Assembly: GCA_041666325.1 (NCBI GenBank)
Contig: JBAYHC010000004.1
Span: forward strand, 128,929-192,928
Source: Patescibacteria group bacterium
GTDB taxonomy: Bacteria; Patescibacteriota; UBA1384; XYA2-FULL-43-10; 1-14-0-10-43-13
Direction: 5' to 3'
DNA: 64,000 bases
Below are positions 49,219 to 58,679 of the stretch, piece by piece. Made by a program: the position numbers and the translations under genes. A model generated the notes under the pieces. The model ran no database searches and had not been told where the DNA came from. It saw only the letters and a list, made by a program, of their open reading frames with translations. Numbering within the stretch: the stretch's first letter is position 1; the number at the start of each line of letters is the position of its first letter.

Positions 49219-49520
49219 GGTGGTTTTTACTCCTAAAAATAATCTATACACACTATAACAAGTTATCCACAGGTTAAGTCAATACCGCTCATGCCAAGGC
49301 ATACGAGAGTGTGAAGGTTGGAGAGTACGAAAGTATTAAGTACTAAGCAACATGTGACAAGTCTCACCTTTGGTGAACATGGAATAGCTTCGCCTCCTTG
49401 AAAAGGAGAGGGTTAGAGCGTGGGTGGCAATACTTACAACTTAGCACTTAGCACTTTCACACTCTCGCCTCTGGCGAGATATTTGACTTTGAGGCTAAAA
49501 TAGGTTATTCTAACTCTATT

Positions 49521-49655
49521 ATGAAGCGAACATTTCAACCAAACAAGCGTAAACGAGCCAAAAGACATGGTTTTTTGCATCGCATGTCCTCATTAGCTGG
49601 CCGTCTCGTTCTCAAGCGTCGCCGTTTCAAAGGGCGCAAAGTTATCTCGGCTTAA
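49521..49655 (+). CDS. rpmH: 50S ribosomal protein L34
   Basis: [44 protein letters not shown]; promoter TTGACT-17-TATTCT at 49483-49511. Confidence 0.97.
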   Translation: MKRTFQPNKRKRAKRHGFLHRMSSLAGRLVLKRRRFKGRKVISA

Positions 49656-49660
49656 CTTTA

Positions 49661-49851
49661 AAAGCCTGTTTAATAACTACATCCGATAGCCATAAGTGGC
49701 ATCTTTCGGCTGCAAAACAAGATTTGTTCGTCACAATAGCTTTGGCTATTCCTCCTCACAAGATCTTGTTTTTCGCCCCACAGAGGAGCCCTTTGGTGGG
49801 ACTTGAAATCTGCTCACTTCTGTCTTATGGAGCAGTTATTAAACAGGCTTT
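49661..49851. mobile_element. MITE-like element, 191 bp
   Basis: Perfect 18-bp terminal inverted repeats AAAGCCTGTTTAATAACT / AGTTATTAAACAGGCTTT; internal hairpins; no ORF; between rpmH and rnpA. Confidence 0.75.
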
Positions 49852-49981
49852 AAGTGAGCTATTTTGGTCATTTCTTGGATCAATTTTTTGATACTTGAGT
49901 GAGAAACTGTGGTCGCGGTTAGGGGGTCTCTTTGGTGGTGGATATCGGATTAGTGTGGTACTATAACTATAGTCAAGTTTG

Positions 49982-50359
49982 ATGCTTAAAAAAGAAAATC
50001 GATTAAAAAAAGAATCCAGCTTCCAGTGGGTGTTTAGGCGTTCAAAGCCAGTTTTTTTTGATAACCTGGTTTTTCGTGTTGTACCAGCAAAAAAAACGGC
50101 AACAGGTCCAGTGTCAGATTTGTCGCGTTTTGGTCTTGTTATTAGTGCGAAGACTGAAAAGAGTGCTGTTCGACGCAATGCAATCAGGCGCTATCTCTAT
50201 AGTTTGATTAAAGAGTTTTTACCATCAATCAGAGAGGGAATAGACGTCGTGGTTGTGATTAAAAAAAGTTTTACTCTTCCACTTAATTCAGATGAGATCA
50301 GGCGGCGCTTTAGGCGAGGAGGAGAGTTGGCTGGAATATTTAGGACCACAAGGCAATAG
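49982..50359 (+). CDS. rnpA: Ribonuclease P protein component
   Basis: MLKKENRLKK..F, RFGLVISAK..KSAVRRNAIRR. Confidence 0.92.
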   Translation: MLKKENRLKKESSFQWVFRRSKPVFFDNLVFRVVPAKKTATGPVSDLSRFGLVISAKTEKSAVRRNAIRRYLYSLIKEFLPSIREGIDVVVVIKKSFTLPLNSDEIRRRFRRGGELAGIFRTTRQ

Positions 50360-50481
50360 TGTTGCAAGCCAAGCAAAGCAGTAAAGCTGGTAAAGCCAGT
50401 AAAGCGGTAAGGTCACAAGGAGAAAAAGTTTATTATTACCTTACTGCTCTACTGCCTTATTGCCTCATTCTCATATAAGAC

Positions 50482-50718
50482 ATGTTAAAAAGATTAATAA
50501 TTAGCTTAATCAAGCTATACCAGCGTACATTGTCTCTGGATACGGGATGGTTTAGACACAATCATCCTGGGGGTTATTGTAGGTTTGCCCCGCATTGTTC
50601 GCAGTATGGCATTGAGGCGATTGAAAAATATGGTGTTGTGGTTGGTGGGGCCAAAACAGCTTGGCGTATTGTGCGCTGCAACCCCTGGAGTAAGGGCGGG
50701 GAAGATCCGGTAAGATAA
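50482..50718 (+). CDS. yidD: Membrane protein insertion efficiency factor YidD
   Basis: CRFAPHCSQY..EAIEKYG...RIVRCNPWSKGGEDP. Confidence 0.93.
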   Translation: MLKRLIISLIKLYQRTLSLDTGWFRHNHPGGYCRFAPHCSQYGIEAIEKYGVVVGGAKTAWRIVRCNPWSKGGEDPVR

Positions 50719-50887
50719 GCCAATAAGCTAGTAAGAATTAAGTTCAGCCACAATTTGATTTTTCAGCCATTTATTTTCTTTCCGGCTTACGTACCTATTT
50801 GTCAACCATTAGCTTACATGCCCATTAACTTATTAGCTTAATTCTTACCAACCTACTAGCTTACATGCTAATACTCGAAAGGTAATC

Positions 50888-51766
50888 ATGGGTGGAATAA
50901 TCAGAACTTTGCTTTACCAACCTCTTTATAATGTTTTAGTTTTTTTGGCTTGGCTAATACCAGGCCATTCGATTGGTTGGTCGATTATTATTTTGACCAT
51001 ATTAGTGAGATTACTCTTGCTGCCTACTTCTCTTAAGGCTGCTAAGGCACAGGCCCACATTCAGGTGCTGCAGCCCAAGATCAATGAGATTCGGAAGAAG
51101 TACAAAAGCACAACAGAGCAAAGCAAGGCTCTGGTTGATCTTTACAAGGAAGAGGGGGTATCTCAGTTTGGTGCCTGCTTGCCTCTCTTGGCCCAATTTC
51201 CTCTCCTGATCGTTCTCTATATAGTGTTTCAAAACATAGTCAAGAGTGGCGTTGATCTTTCCCTTCTCTATAGTTTTACTCCTCATCCAGATACACTTAG
51301 TCATTTTTGGTTTGGCCTGGATGTGACTAAACCAAATTTGTGGGTTTTGCCAATCTTGGCTGGGGTAACACAGTTTGTTCTATCAAGAATGACAACTCCT
51401 CCAATAACCCACGAGAATACCGAAGGAGTGCCTGACCCAACAAAGGTTATTCAGCAAATGAGCTATGTTTTTCCGGTAGTGACAATTATCTTTGCCCGAC
51501 AGTTTCCTGCTGCAATCAGCTTGTATTGGGTTATATCGACTCTAATCGGAATCGCTCAGCAGTGGTATGTTAACAAGCACATCAAGACCAAAATCAGAGT
51601 TTCGTCTGGCGCTGTGAACAAGAGCGTCTCAACTGGTAGCAAGACAGGGGTTCTGGTTGAAAAGGAAAACAAGAAGAAAAATTTGTTGTCCAAGGTTATT
51701 GATCAGAGATTATCCAAAGCCGAGAAAAAAAGTGGAGTAAGTGTTACAATTCGAAAAAAGAATTAG
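50888..51766 (+). CDS. yidC: YidC/Oxa1 membrane protein insertase
   Basis: GWSIIILTILVRLLLLP, LQPKINEI, CLPLLAQFP, LYWVIS. Confidence 0.93.
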   Translation: MGGIIRTLLYQPLYNVLVFLAWLIPGHSIGWSIIILTILVRLLLLPTSLKAAKAQAHIQVLQPKINEIRKKYKSTTEQSKALVDLYKEEGVSQFGACLPLLAQFPLLIVLYIVFQNIVKSGVDLSLLYSFTPHPDTLSHFWFGLDVTKPNLWVLPILAGVTQFVLSRMTTPPITHENTEGVPDPTKVIQQMSYVFPVVTIIFARQFPAAISLYWVISTLIGIAQQWYVNKHIKTKIRVSSGAVNKSVSTGSKTGVLVEKENKKKNLLSKVIDQRLSKAEKKSGVSVTIRKKN

Positions 51767-51778
51767 GCTAGCAGTGAA

Positions 51779-52270
51779 TTGGGGAAAGTGGAAACGCACC
51801 TAAAAGTGAAAATTATCTTTCTGGTTGGTCTAATGTTTTTGATTTATTCAAGCGTCCAGCTAGTCGGTGCCGACCTTAAAAAGATAAACAATATCGTGAA
51901 CAATGGTGCTGTCGCCATGGTGAAGATTGGACGTTCAGAGATCAGGGCCGAAATGGCCACAACAGATCCGGAGCGTGAAAAGGGGTTATCAAACAGAGGC
52001 AGCCTTGAATCTGATGCTGGTATGGTGTTTATTTACGACAAGCCCCTGCAACCATCTTTTTGGATGAAGGGAGTTCTGTTTCCAATTGATATTATTTGGG
52101 TTTACAACAGCAAGGTGGTGGAAACAACTACCAACATTCCGGTTGCCGGCAGTAGCACACAGTTGCCAACTTATTCGCCTAGGGTTAATGTGGACACGGT
52201 TATAGAAGTTAATGCCGGTTGGGTAGATAATAATGGGATTCGGGTGGGGGACAGAGTAAAGATAGATTAG
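51779..52270 (+). CDS. DUF192-domain protein
   Basis: EREKGLSNR..L..GMVF, FWMKGVLFPIDIIW, VIEVNAG. Confidence 0.88.
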   Translation: MGKVETHLKVKIIFLVGLMFLIYSSVQLVGADLKKINNIVNNGAVAMVKIGRSEIRAEMATTDPEREKGLSNRGSLESDAGMVFIYDKPLQPSFWMKGVLFPIDIIWVYNSKVVETTTNIPVAGSSTQLPTYSPRVNVDTVIEVNAGWVDNNGIRVGDRVKID

Positions 52271-52274
52271 TTCG

Positions 52275-52365
52275 GGTGGGATGTCTGAGTGGTTGAAAGA
52301 GCTGGTCTCGAAAACCAGTAGTCGCCCTAGGTGACTCGTGGGTTCAAATCCCACTCCCACCGCCA
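52275..52365 (+). tRNA. tRNA-Ser(CGA)
   Basis: Acceptor GGTGGGA/TCCCACC-G-CCA; anticodon arm CTGGT-CTCGAAA-ACCAG; long variable arm; GGTTCAAATCC. Confidence 0.95.
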
Positions 52366-52509
52366 GTTAACAAGTGCATAAAAGTCGGCTTGCAGGCTAG
52401 TGAGTAATTAGCTACTGAAATTGGTTGTGGTGTACTTAATTCTTACCAGCCCCACAGAGGGGCCCCTTGGTGGGGCTTACACGCCTACTAGCTAAAACGG
52501 AGTGGGTTT

Positions 52510-54159
52510 ATGGTAGACATCTCAAAAAAAATATCTGGCTTCAATCGTGAGTTAGAGGAGAGGCATACCTCTGAACTTGCCCAAAGATTGGGTCTTCCAT
52601 ACATCGATTTACACAACTATCCTCTCACCAAAGAGGTCTTGGAGACGATTCCAATAGAGTTGGTTTCCCGTTATCAGATCGTGCCATACTTAAAGATTGG
52701 TCGGTCAGTAAAACTGGGAACAGTTCATCCGAGCGATCCGGCCGTAAAAGAGTTCGTCGACCAGCTCTCCAAAACAAGCGGACTCCAGTTCAGTATCTGT
52801 GTGATTTCGGGTAGTAGTTTTGCCTATGGCGTGAACTCATACAAAGAGGCAAAACAAGAAGTTGAGGACAAGGTTCAGAAGGAAGTCAAGGAGAAGGAAG
52901 AGGTCTATGAGTCAGAGCTAGGGGATATCAACTCAATCAGCGAGGTTGTTAAAAAGGTTAGCACTACTCGCTTACTCGATGTAGTTATCTTCGGCGCCGT
53001 AAAACTCAAAGCCTCTGATGTCCACATGGAGCCGGAGGAGAAGGATGTCCTTATCCGCTATCGCGTTGATGGTGTCCTGCAGGATGTCTCTCATGTCTCA
53101 GCCTCTCATTATCATCAGCTGCTATCTCGGATAAAGTTTCTGTGCCAGATAAGAATGGACTCGACCAATCAGCCCCAAGACGGACGGTTCTCAATTAAGA
53201 CTCCCACTGGCGGTAATATTGATTTGCGCGTTTCGATTATGCCATCTACCTTCGGCGAGGCCGTAGTTATTCGAATTCTTGGCCAAGAGACTTCTATTTT
53301 GCGTCTAGATAAATTGGGTTTTAGATCCGAAGCACTCGTTGCTGTCAGGCAATCCATCTCGAAGCCAAATGGCATGATTCTAACCTCCGGTCCGACCGGT
53401 AGTGGCAAATCATCAACTTTGTATGCGGTTTTGATGGAGCTCAAGAAGCCTGACGTGAAGATCATTACACTGGAGGATCCGGTAGAATATCGCATTGAGG
53501 GGATAGAGCAGAGCCAGATTAAATCAGAGGAGGGATACACATTTGCACAGGCGCTCCGGGCCTCTCTGCGCCAAGATCCCGACATTTTAATGGTCGGTGA
53601 GATACGTGATGGGGAAACGGCCGAAATCGCTGTCCAGGCTGCTTTGACGGGCCACCTGCTTATATCAACAATTCATGCCAATTCCGCTCCGGCCGTCTTT
53701 GTCCGACTCTTGGAGATGGGGGTTAAGCCGTTCCTCCTTTCTGGCTCAATGAACTTGGTTATGGCTCAGCGGCTTATCCGCAAAATTTGTGCCAACTGCC
53801 GCGAACAATACACACCTCGCCCAGAGGTTTGGCAGGAGGTCAGGGACACTCTCATGCCCATCAAGGACAGGATCGAACCATCGCTTCAGCAGTTTCTGCT
53901 TTCACCGCAAGTCTCTCTTGTGAGAGGTAAGGGCTGCGACAAGTGCGGCAAGAGCGGCTATCTCGGAAGGCAGGTCGTTATCGAGGTTTTGGTGCCGGAC
54001 AGTACGATCGAGGGTTTGGTTGCAAAGGGTGCGTCTATCTCGGAGTTCGAAAGGGCAGCCAAGACCCAGGGAATGGTCTCCATGGAACAAGACGGCTTAA
54101 TCAAGGTTCTCAAGGGAGAGACAACAATCGAAGAGGTTTGGAGAGTAACGAAGGATTAG
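52510..54159 (+). CDS. Type IV pilus / T2SS assembly ATPase PilB/GspE
   Basis: ASDVHMEP, RYRVDG, PQDGR, GPTGSGKS, EDPVE, LRQDPD, TGHL, CxxC/CxxC. Confidence 0.93.
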   Translation: MVDISKKISGFNRELEERHTSELAQRLGLPYIDLHNYPLTKEVLETIPIELVSRYQIVPYLKIGRSVKLGTVHPSDPAVKEFVDQLSKTSGLQFSICVISGSSFAYGVNSYKEAKQEVEDKVQKEVKEKEEVYESELGDINSISEVVKKVSTTRLLDVVIFGAVKLKASDVHMEPEEKDVLIRYRVDGVLQDVSHVSASHYHQLLSRIKFLCQIRMDSTNQPQDGRFSIKTPTGGNIDLRVSIMPSTFGEAVVIRILGQETSILRLDKLGFRSEALVAVRQSISKPNGMILTSGPTGSGKSSTLYAVLMELKKPDVKIITLEDPVEYRIEGIEQSQIKSEEGYTFAQALRASLRQDPDILMVGEIRDGETAEIAVQAALTGHLLISTIHANSAPAVFVRLLEMGVKPFLLSGSMNLVMAQRLIRKICANCREQYTPRPEVWQEVRDTLMPIKDRIEPSLQQFLLSPQVSLVRGKGCDKCGKSGYLGRQVVIEVLVPDSTIEGLVAKGASISEFERAAKTQGMVSMEQDGLIKVLKGETTIEEVWRVTKD

Positions 54160-54249
54160 CTGCCACTTATAACTCAACTTTATCTTCTGATTATAGCTAA
54201 CAGAATATTGCGCCAACGGGTCTAGTTAATTTAGAGGATTGTTATTTTT

Positions 54250-55734
54250 ATGCCTAAAAAATATGTTCTAGAGATTAGTATTTTTGTCAGTGGCGCGGTC
54301 GTAATGATTCTGGAGTTGTTGGGATCAAGGATGTTTGCGCCCTTTTTTGGAAACTCATTGATTGTCTGGACCAACCTGATTGGTATTGTAATGGCCAGCT
54401 TAAGCATTGGCTATTGGTTTGGTGGTCGCATTGCCGACAAAGAGCCAACCTACAAAAAATATTCGGTTATACTTTTTGTTGTGGGCTTGCTTATCTTTTT
54501 GGTTTATCTCTTGCAGCTTCCGGTTTTGGTTTTGCTGCAAAACAATATAGTTGATATTCGGTATGGATCCATTTTGGCTGGTGTGATATTGCTGGCTCCA
54601 GCCAGTGCTTTTCTGGGCATGGTTTCGCCCTATGCTGTGCGATTAAAAATGAAAGACATCAAGGCATCTGGTGCAACAGTCGGGCGGTTATACGCTATTT
54701 CTACTTTTGGCAGTATTGCCGGTACCTTTTTGGCAGGCTTCTGGCTTATAGCACGCCTTGGAACATCCCAGAGTATTGTTTTACTATCTTTGGTTGCGAT
54801 TGCTTTGTCTGTTGTTGTTTGGACAGATGTCAAGTTTCTTATTATAAGATTGGTGGCTATCACGATTATCGCAATAGGCGCTCTCTCTTTCAGAGTGCAG
54901 TTATCCGGTGTTGTTGCTGATATTGACACCCAATATAGTCGCGCCTTGATATACGACTCTGTTGAGGAGATTTCCAGCAGGAATGTTAGAACTATTGCCT
55001 TTGTGCCCGGAGAAGCCGAATCGGCTATGTATGAAGATAATCCAGATGAGTTAGTTTCTGATTACACAAAGTTTTTTCGCATTGCCGGTTTTCTTAAGCC
55101 GGATCAAAAGCGCACACTGCTAATTGGCGGCGGAACGTATATGTATCCACGAGATTACTTGAAGCAATTTCCTGAGTCTGAGATGGATGTAGTTGAGATT
55201 GATCCGGAGATGACCGACATTGCCAAAAAGTATTTTTCCTTTAAGGAAGACCCTCGTCTCAACATCTATCATGAAGATGGCAGGACTTTTATAAACCGGA
55301 GCAAGGCATCATACGATGCGATTTTCCTAGACGCTTTCAAATCCTACAATTCAGTGCCATTCTATCTAGCTACGCGAGAATCTCTCGAGAGGATTAGGGG
55401 ATTACTCAGTGAGAATGGTGTTGTGGTCACGAATATTGTTTCTGCACTTGAGGGAGAGAATGCAAGGTTTTTCGAAGCCGAATATGTCACATTGAAATCA
55501 GTCTTTCCATCAGTTTCCATATTCAGAGTATCTTCAGGTTCTAGCAATCAAGACATACAAAACATTATCTTGGTGGCCGCAAGGGCATCCGTCGATCTTG
55601 GTCAAGCCGTGAAATATTCCCCGACCTATGCTGACAAGATCGTAGACAAAGATGCCATTAAGAGTGGTGCGCTCGTTCTGACTGACAACTTTGCTCCTGT
55701 CGATCAATATCTTTTTTCGCTCAATCTTAAATAA
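54250..55734 (+). CDS. Fused membrane domain / spermidine synthase-like methyltransferase
   Basis: N-terminal TMs (SGAVVMILELLGSR), LIGGG, VVEIDP, EDGR, LDAF, LTDNFAP. Confidence 0.85.
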   Translation: MPKKYVLEISIFVSGAVVMILELLGSRMFAPFFGNSLIVWTNLIGIVMASLSIGYWFGGRIADKEPTYKKYSVILFVVGLLIFLVYLLQLPVLVLLQNNIVDIRYGSILAGVILLAPASAFLGMVSPYAVRLKMKDIKASGATVGRLYAISTFGSIAGTFLAGFWLIARLGTSQSIVLLSLVAIALSVVVWTDVKFLIIRLVAITIIAIGALSFRVQLSGVVADIDTQYSRALIYDSVEEISSRNVRTIAFVPGEAESAMYEDNPDELVSDYTKFFRIAGFLKPDQKRTLLIGGGTYMYPRDYLKQFPESEMDVVEIDPEMTDIAKKYFSFKEDPRLNIYHEDGRTFINRSKASYDAIFLDAFKSYNSVPFYLATRESLERIRGLLSENGVVVTNIVSALEGENARFFEAEYVTLKSVFPSVSIFRVSSGSSNQDIQNIILVAARASVDLGQAVKYSPTYADKIVDKDAIKSGALVLTDNFAPVDQYLFSLNLK

Positions 55735-55772
55735 TCATCAAAAAATGGGTTTTAAACCCATTTTTTGATGAT
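55734..55772. terminator. Bidirectional terminator between convergent genes
   Basis: Perfect IR ATCATCAAAAAATGGGTTT / AAACCCATTTTTTGATGAT. Confidence 0.8.
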
Positions 55773-55824
55773 CTAGGCCGCACCAAGCACCGTTTGGATG
55801 GGCGACTTGTCAGTGAAGACAGTA

Positions 55825-56172
55825 CTATAAATCTTTAAGAGCGCCACCCTCTGTAGCGGAGCCGAAGCCCTTTGAGACAGCTGAGACAATTGTGTAGGCC
55901 AGGATAATAATGATGATACCGATAACAGCATTGATGATACCTTGCTGTGCTTTTTTAGTTTGTTCGGCGTTTCCACCTGCTGTCAAATAGAGAATGCCGG
56001 AATAAACTAGATAGAAGAAGGCTAGAACGCCGGCAATAACTCCAATCCAGCCTGCGATTTGAACAACTAGCTCATCAAGAGTGGTTGAAGAGCCTGTCAG
56101 GTTGAGTTTTAGACCAGCGGTGCCTGTCTCTGCTGCTGAGGCATCAGCAGCAACGCGATTGATTAAGTTCAT
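55825..56172 (-). CDS. VirB2/TrbC-like (T4SS) pilin
   Basis: GVLAFFYLVYSGILYLTAGGNAEQTKKAQQGIINAVIG; AGGAGG RBS. Confidence 0.85.
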   Translation of the reverse strand: MNLINRVAADASAAETGTAGLKLNLTGSSTTLDELVVQIAGWIGVIAGVLAFFYLVYSGILYLTAGGNAEQTKKAQQGIINAVIGIIIIILAYTIVSAVSKGFGSATEGGALKDL

Positions 56173-56352
56173 TTATCCTCCTTAGAATTTTACTTCACAA
56201 CCGTGTTTGAAGTGTTGAGAAGATGATGTTAATGATATCGGCGTGCCTAATGATCGACCATTTGGGGATAATTGTCCCCGCCACAGGACCGATAGATATT
56301 TACTAATACATATTATATAGATGTTCCCAACCGCGTCAAGGGTGTCTGGTTT

Positions 56353-56652
56353 TTACTTAACAACATCCTTGACGGCAGTGACAATGACATAGGCAAGAAT
56401 AATGACAATCATACCTATAATAGCACTCACTATGCCCTGGGTTGCCTTCTTGGTTTGCTCTGAGTTGCCGCCCGATGTCAGATAGAGAAAGCCCGAGTAA
56501 AGCAAGAATATAAAAGCAGCGACTCCGGCAACGACTCCGACAACAGAAATAATTTTTGCCACCAGTGAATCGAGGCTGTCTATTCCCACCGGCGCCACAG
56601 CAAGGTCCGAGCTAGCGGCAGCCAGGGCTCTTGAGGTTATCAATTGTTTCAC
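56353..56652 (-). CDS. VirB2/TrbC-like pilin
   Basis: YSGFLYLTSGGNSEQTKKA; GTG start with AGGAGG. Confidence 0.85.
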   Translation of the reverse strand: MKQLITSRALAAASSDLAVAPVGIDSLDSLVAKIISVVGVVAGVAAFIFLLYSGFLYLTSGGNSEQTKKATQGIVSAIIGMIVIILAYVIVTAVKDVVK

Positions 56653-56756
56653 AACCGTCCTCCTTTACAAGAAGTCATCGATCTATTACAAGATATGATA
56701 ATACCCGACTCGGCGATGCCGAAGGTGAGACGGGGATCCTTTGGGGTCAATACCTT

Positions 56757-57071
56757 TTATTTCAGCGCATTCACAAATATACCGACCAGTGCTTTGGCAA
56801 CTGCGACAACAACAACGCCGATTATGGCCCAATAGAGGGTCTTTTTGCCGTTTTCGGCTTTGCTGTCATCGCCATATGCGGTCACGTACATGAATGAACC
56901 ATATAGTATATAACCAAAGGCCACTACGCCGGCGAGATCAAGAGCAGTGTCGACCACGCGATCAACAAAAATCTTGATCGTATTAAGGTTATTTGCTGAT
57001 CCTGTCGTATCTTGATTAAGCAGTTCGGATAGCTTCATCGCCGCTTTAGTTTTTTGAACCAGTGTTATCAT
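56757..57071 (-). CDS. VirB2/TrbC-like pilin
   Basis: YGSFMYVTAYGDDSKAENGKKTLYWAIIG. Confidence 0.85.
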   Translation of the reverse strand: MITLVQKTKAAMKLSELLNQDTTGSANNLNTIKIFVDRVVDTALDLAGVVAFGYILYGSFMYVTAYGDDSKAENGKKTLYWAIIGVVVVAVAKALVGIFVNALK

Positions 57072-58306
57072 TAGCCCCTCATTATTCCGAGTATGAAATT
57101 AACTAGTTGTATGATGGCGTAAGAGAAGGTGGCCAGGACAAAGCCGGTAATGGAGTACATTATACTCTTTTTGCCCTTTTCTCGTTGGGTTGAGTTGCCG
57201 GCAGATGACAACATCTGGAAGCCGCCGACAATGACACCAATAAATGATAGTATGCCGATCAGTTCAAGGGCAAATCGAATGATTTTTCCAAGAACAGAGG
57301 CATCAGCACCACGAACATCTGGGCTTGATAGATCCACGACCGTGCTGCCGTCTCCTGCGTTGAATTCAGGCGGTCGCAGAATCGGTAATGGGGTAGATCG
57401 GTCTGCAGTATCTCCAGATGTGTCGCGTGGCATTTGTCCATTGGTAACATCAATAGCCAGTTCGCTTATTGCCATCAGATATGTACCTTCTTTGATTTCC
57501 AGGCTTGCTCTGTGGTTGCCGGATATGGTGCCGCTGGTTCCGGCAGTTGTTTGCCAAAAACAGGCGTCGATGGGAGGAGTTCTGTCGTTTCTGATATCTC
57601 CGGCGCACTTCTCAACGTCTGGTTCTCCTCCGGCTTGAGATGAGACCTTAAGAGAATATCTGTATGTATGTGTTGAGGAATTGTCCCAATATGCTAGATT
57701 GAAAGTTACTTTTTCTCCGGCGATGACACCCTGTGTCTTGTCGGCTGATAAATATGCGAGACAGCCCGAACCATCAGAGCAAGCAGTGGTGCCACCGCTC
57801 TCGATGATAAGCCGGAAGAGGTCGCTTTCAAATACCGGTGTCTCATAATTTCCGGTCGCTGCTTTGTATTGATAAATAATTACCTTGTAACCGTACCTCT
57901 CTCCGTCCCGTGAGCCGGGGATTGACCAGGACCTAGAGAAACCGGAACTAATTTGCGGACCCTCGATGAGTTGGGGGCTGCCCAGGCGCTGAACATCGCC
58001 GCTAACACTTGTTGGCTGCGGTGTAACATAGACAGAGGCACTCCAGATGGGGATCTCGGGGGTGGCTGGATTGCTGTCGTGGTCAAAGACGAAGCTTGCT
58101 CCCTGAAGAGACAATTCAACCCTAAGTGTTGTGCTGCCGCCGGGTCTTATTTGTCCCGGATCCGCTGTAATAGTAGGAGTAAGAGTGCTGGCAAAAGCGT
58201 GGGCGGGCAAGATGACTTGGATCAGCGTGCTTAGTCCGCCCAATATCATAATATGCGCCACTAGTGCCAGTCCGTATCTTTTTTTCCAAATTTTGAATCT
58301 TGTCAT
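57071..58306 (-). CDS. Large pilin-domain protein (Ig-like extracellular domains + C-terminal VirB2-like pilin)
   Basis: Signal peptide, beta-rich body with Cys pairs, C-terminal GGFQMLSSAGNSTQREKGKKSIMYSITG. Confidence 0.75.
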   Translation of the reverse strand: MTRFKIWKKRYGLALVAHIMILGGLSTLIQVILPAHAFASTLTPTITADPGQIRPGGSTTLRVELSLQGASFVFDHDSNPATPEIPIWSASVYVTPQPTSVSGDVQRLGSPQLIEGPQISSGFSRSWSIPGSRDGERYGYKVIIYQYKAATGNYETPVFESDLFRLIIESGGTTACSDGSGCLAYLSADKTQGVIAGEKVTFNLAYWDNSSTHTYRYSLKVSSQAGGEPDVEKCAGDIRNDRTPPIDACFWQTTAGTSGTISGNHRASLEIKEGTYLMAISELAIDVTNGQMPRDTSGDTADRSTPLPILRPPEFNAGDGSTVVDLSSPDVRGADASVLGKIIRFALELIGILSFIGVIVGGFQMLSSAGNSTQREKGKKSIMYSITGFVLATFSYAIIQLVNFILGIMRG

Positions 58307-58325
58307 TAGTCGATCCGTATCACAA

Positions 58326-58679
58326 TTATAGAATCTTAACTTCGTCTAAGCCGATGAAGTTAAGGATAAACTTAATCAGTATAAGTACGGCGAGCCCCAA
58401 GAGAGCCCCTGTAGCAATTTCCTTGGCGTCGCCAATCGCTGATTGATTTCCTGCTGATGTCAGGTATTTGTAGCCGGCATAGACAATCATAAGTGTTGCC
58501 AGAGAAGTGCCGAGACCGATTGAAAAGTTATAAATAGCCTCAACATATTCCTTGTAGGTGTAGCTTGTTCTGCCACTGCTCGGTGGCAAGCCAACTTCGA
58601 CCGCGCTGCGGCCCAGCTGGGGCGCAGCAGCAAGTGTTTTTGTTGCCGGCCAATATGTAATTGTCTCGCTTTCTACCAT
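58326..58679 (-). CDS. VirB2/TrbC-like pilin
   Basis: YAGYKYLTSAGNQSAIGDAKE. Confidence 0.8.
   Translation of the reverse strand: MVESETITYWPATKTLAAAPQLGRSAVEVGLPPSSGRTSYTYKEYVEAIYNFSIGLGTSLATLMIVYAGYKYLTSAGNQSAIGDAKEIATGALLGLAVLILIKFILNFIGLDEVKIL

Noticed and set aside
56225-56300. Riboswitch (c-di-GMP-II-like words) in the pilin leader
   Set aside because: A TATCGG/CCGATA stem and TTAGGCAC are present, but the 3' conserved elements are missing; needs an Rfam covariance search
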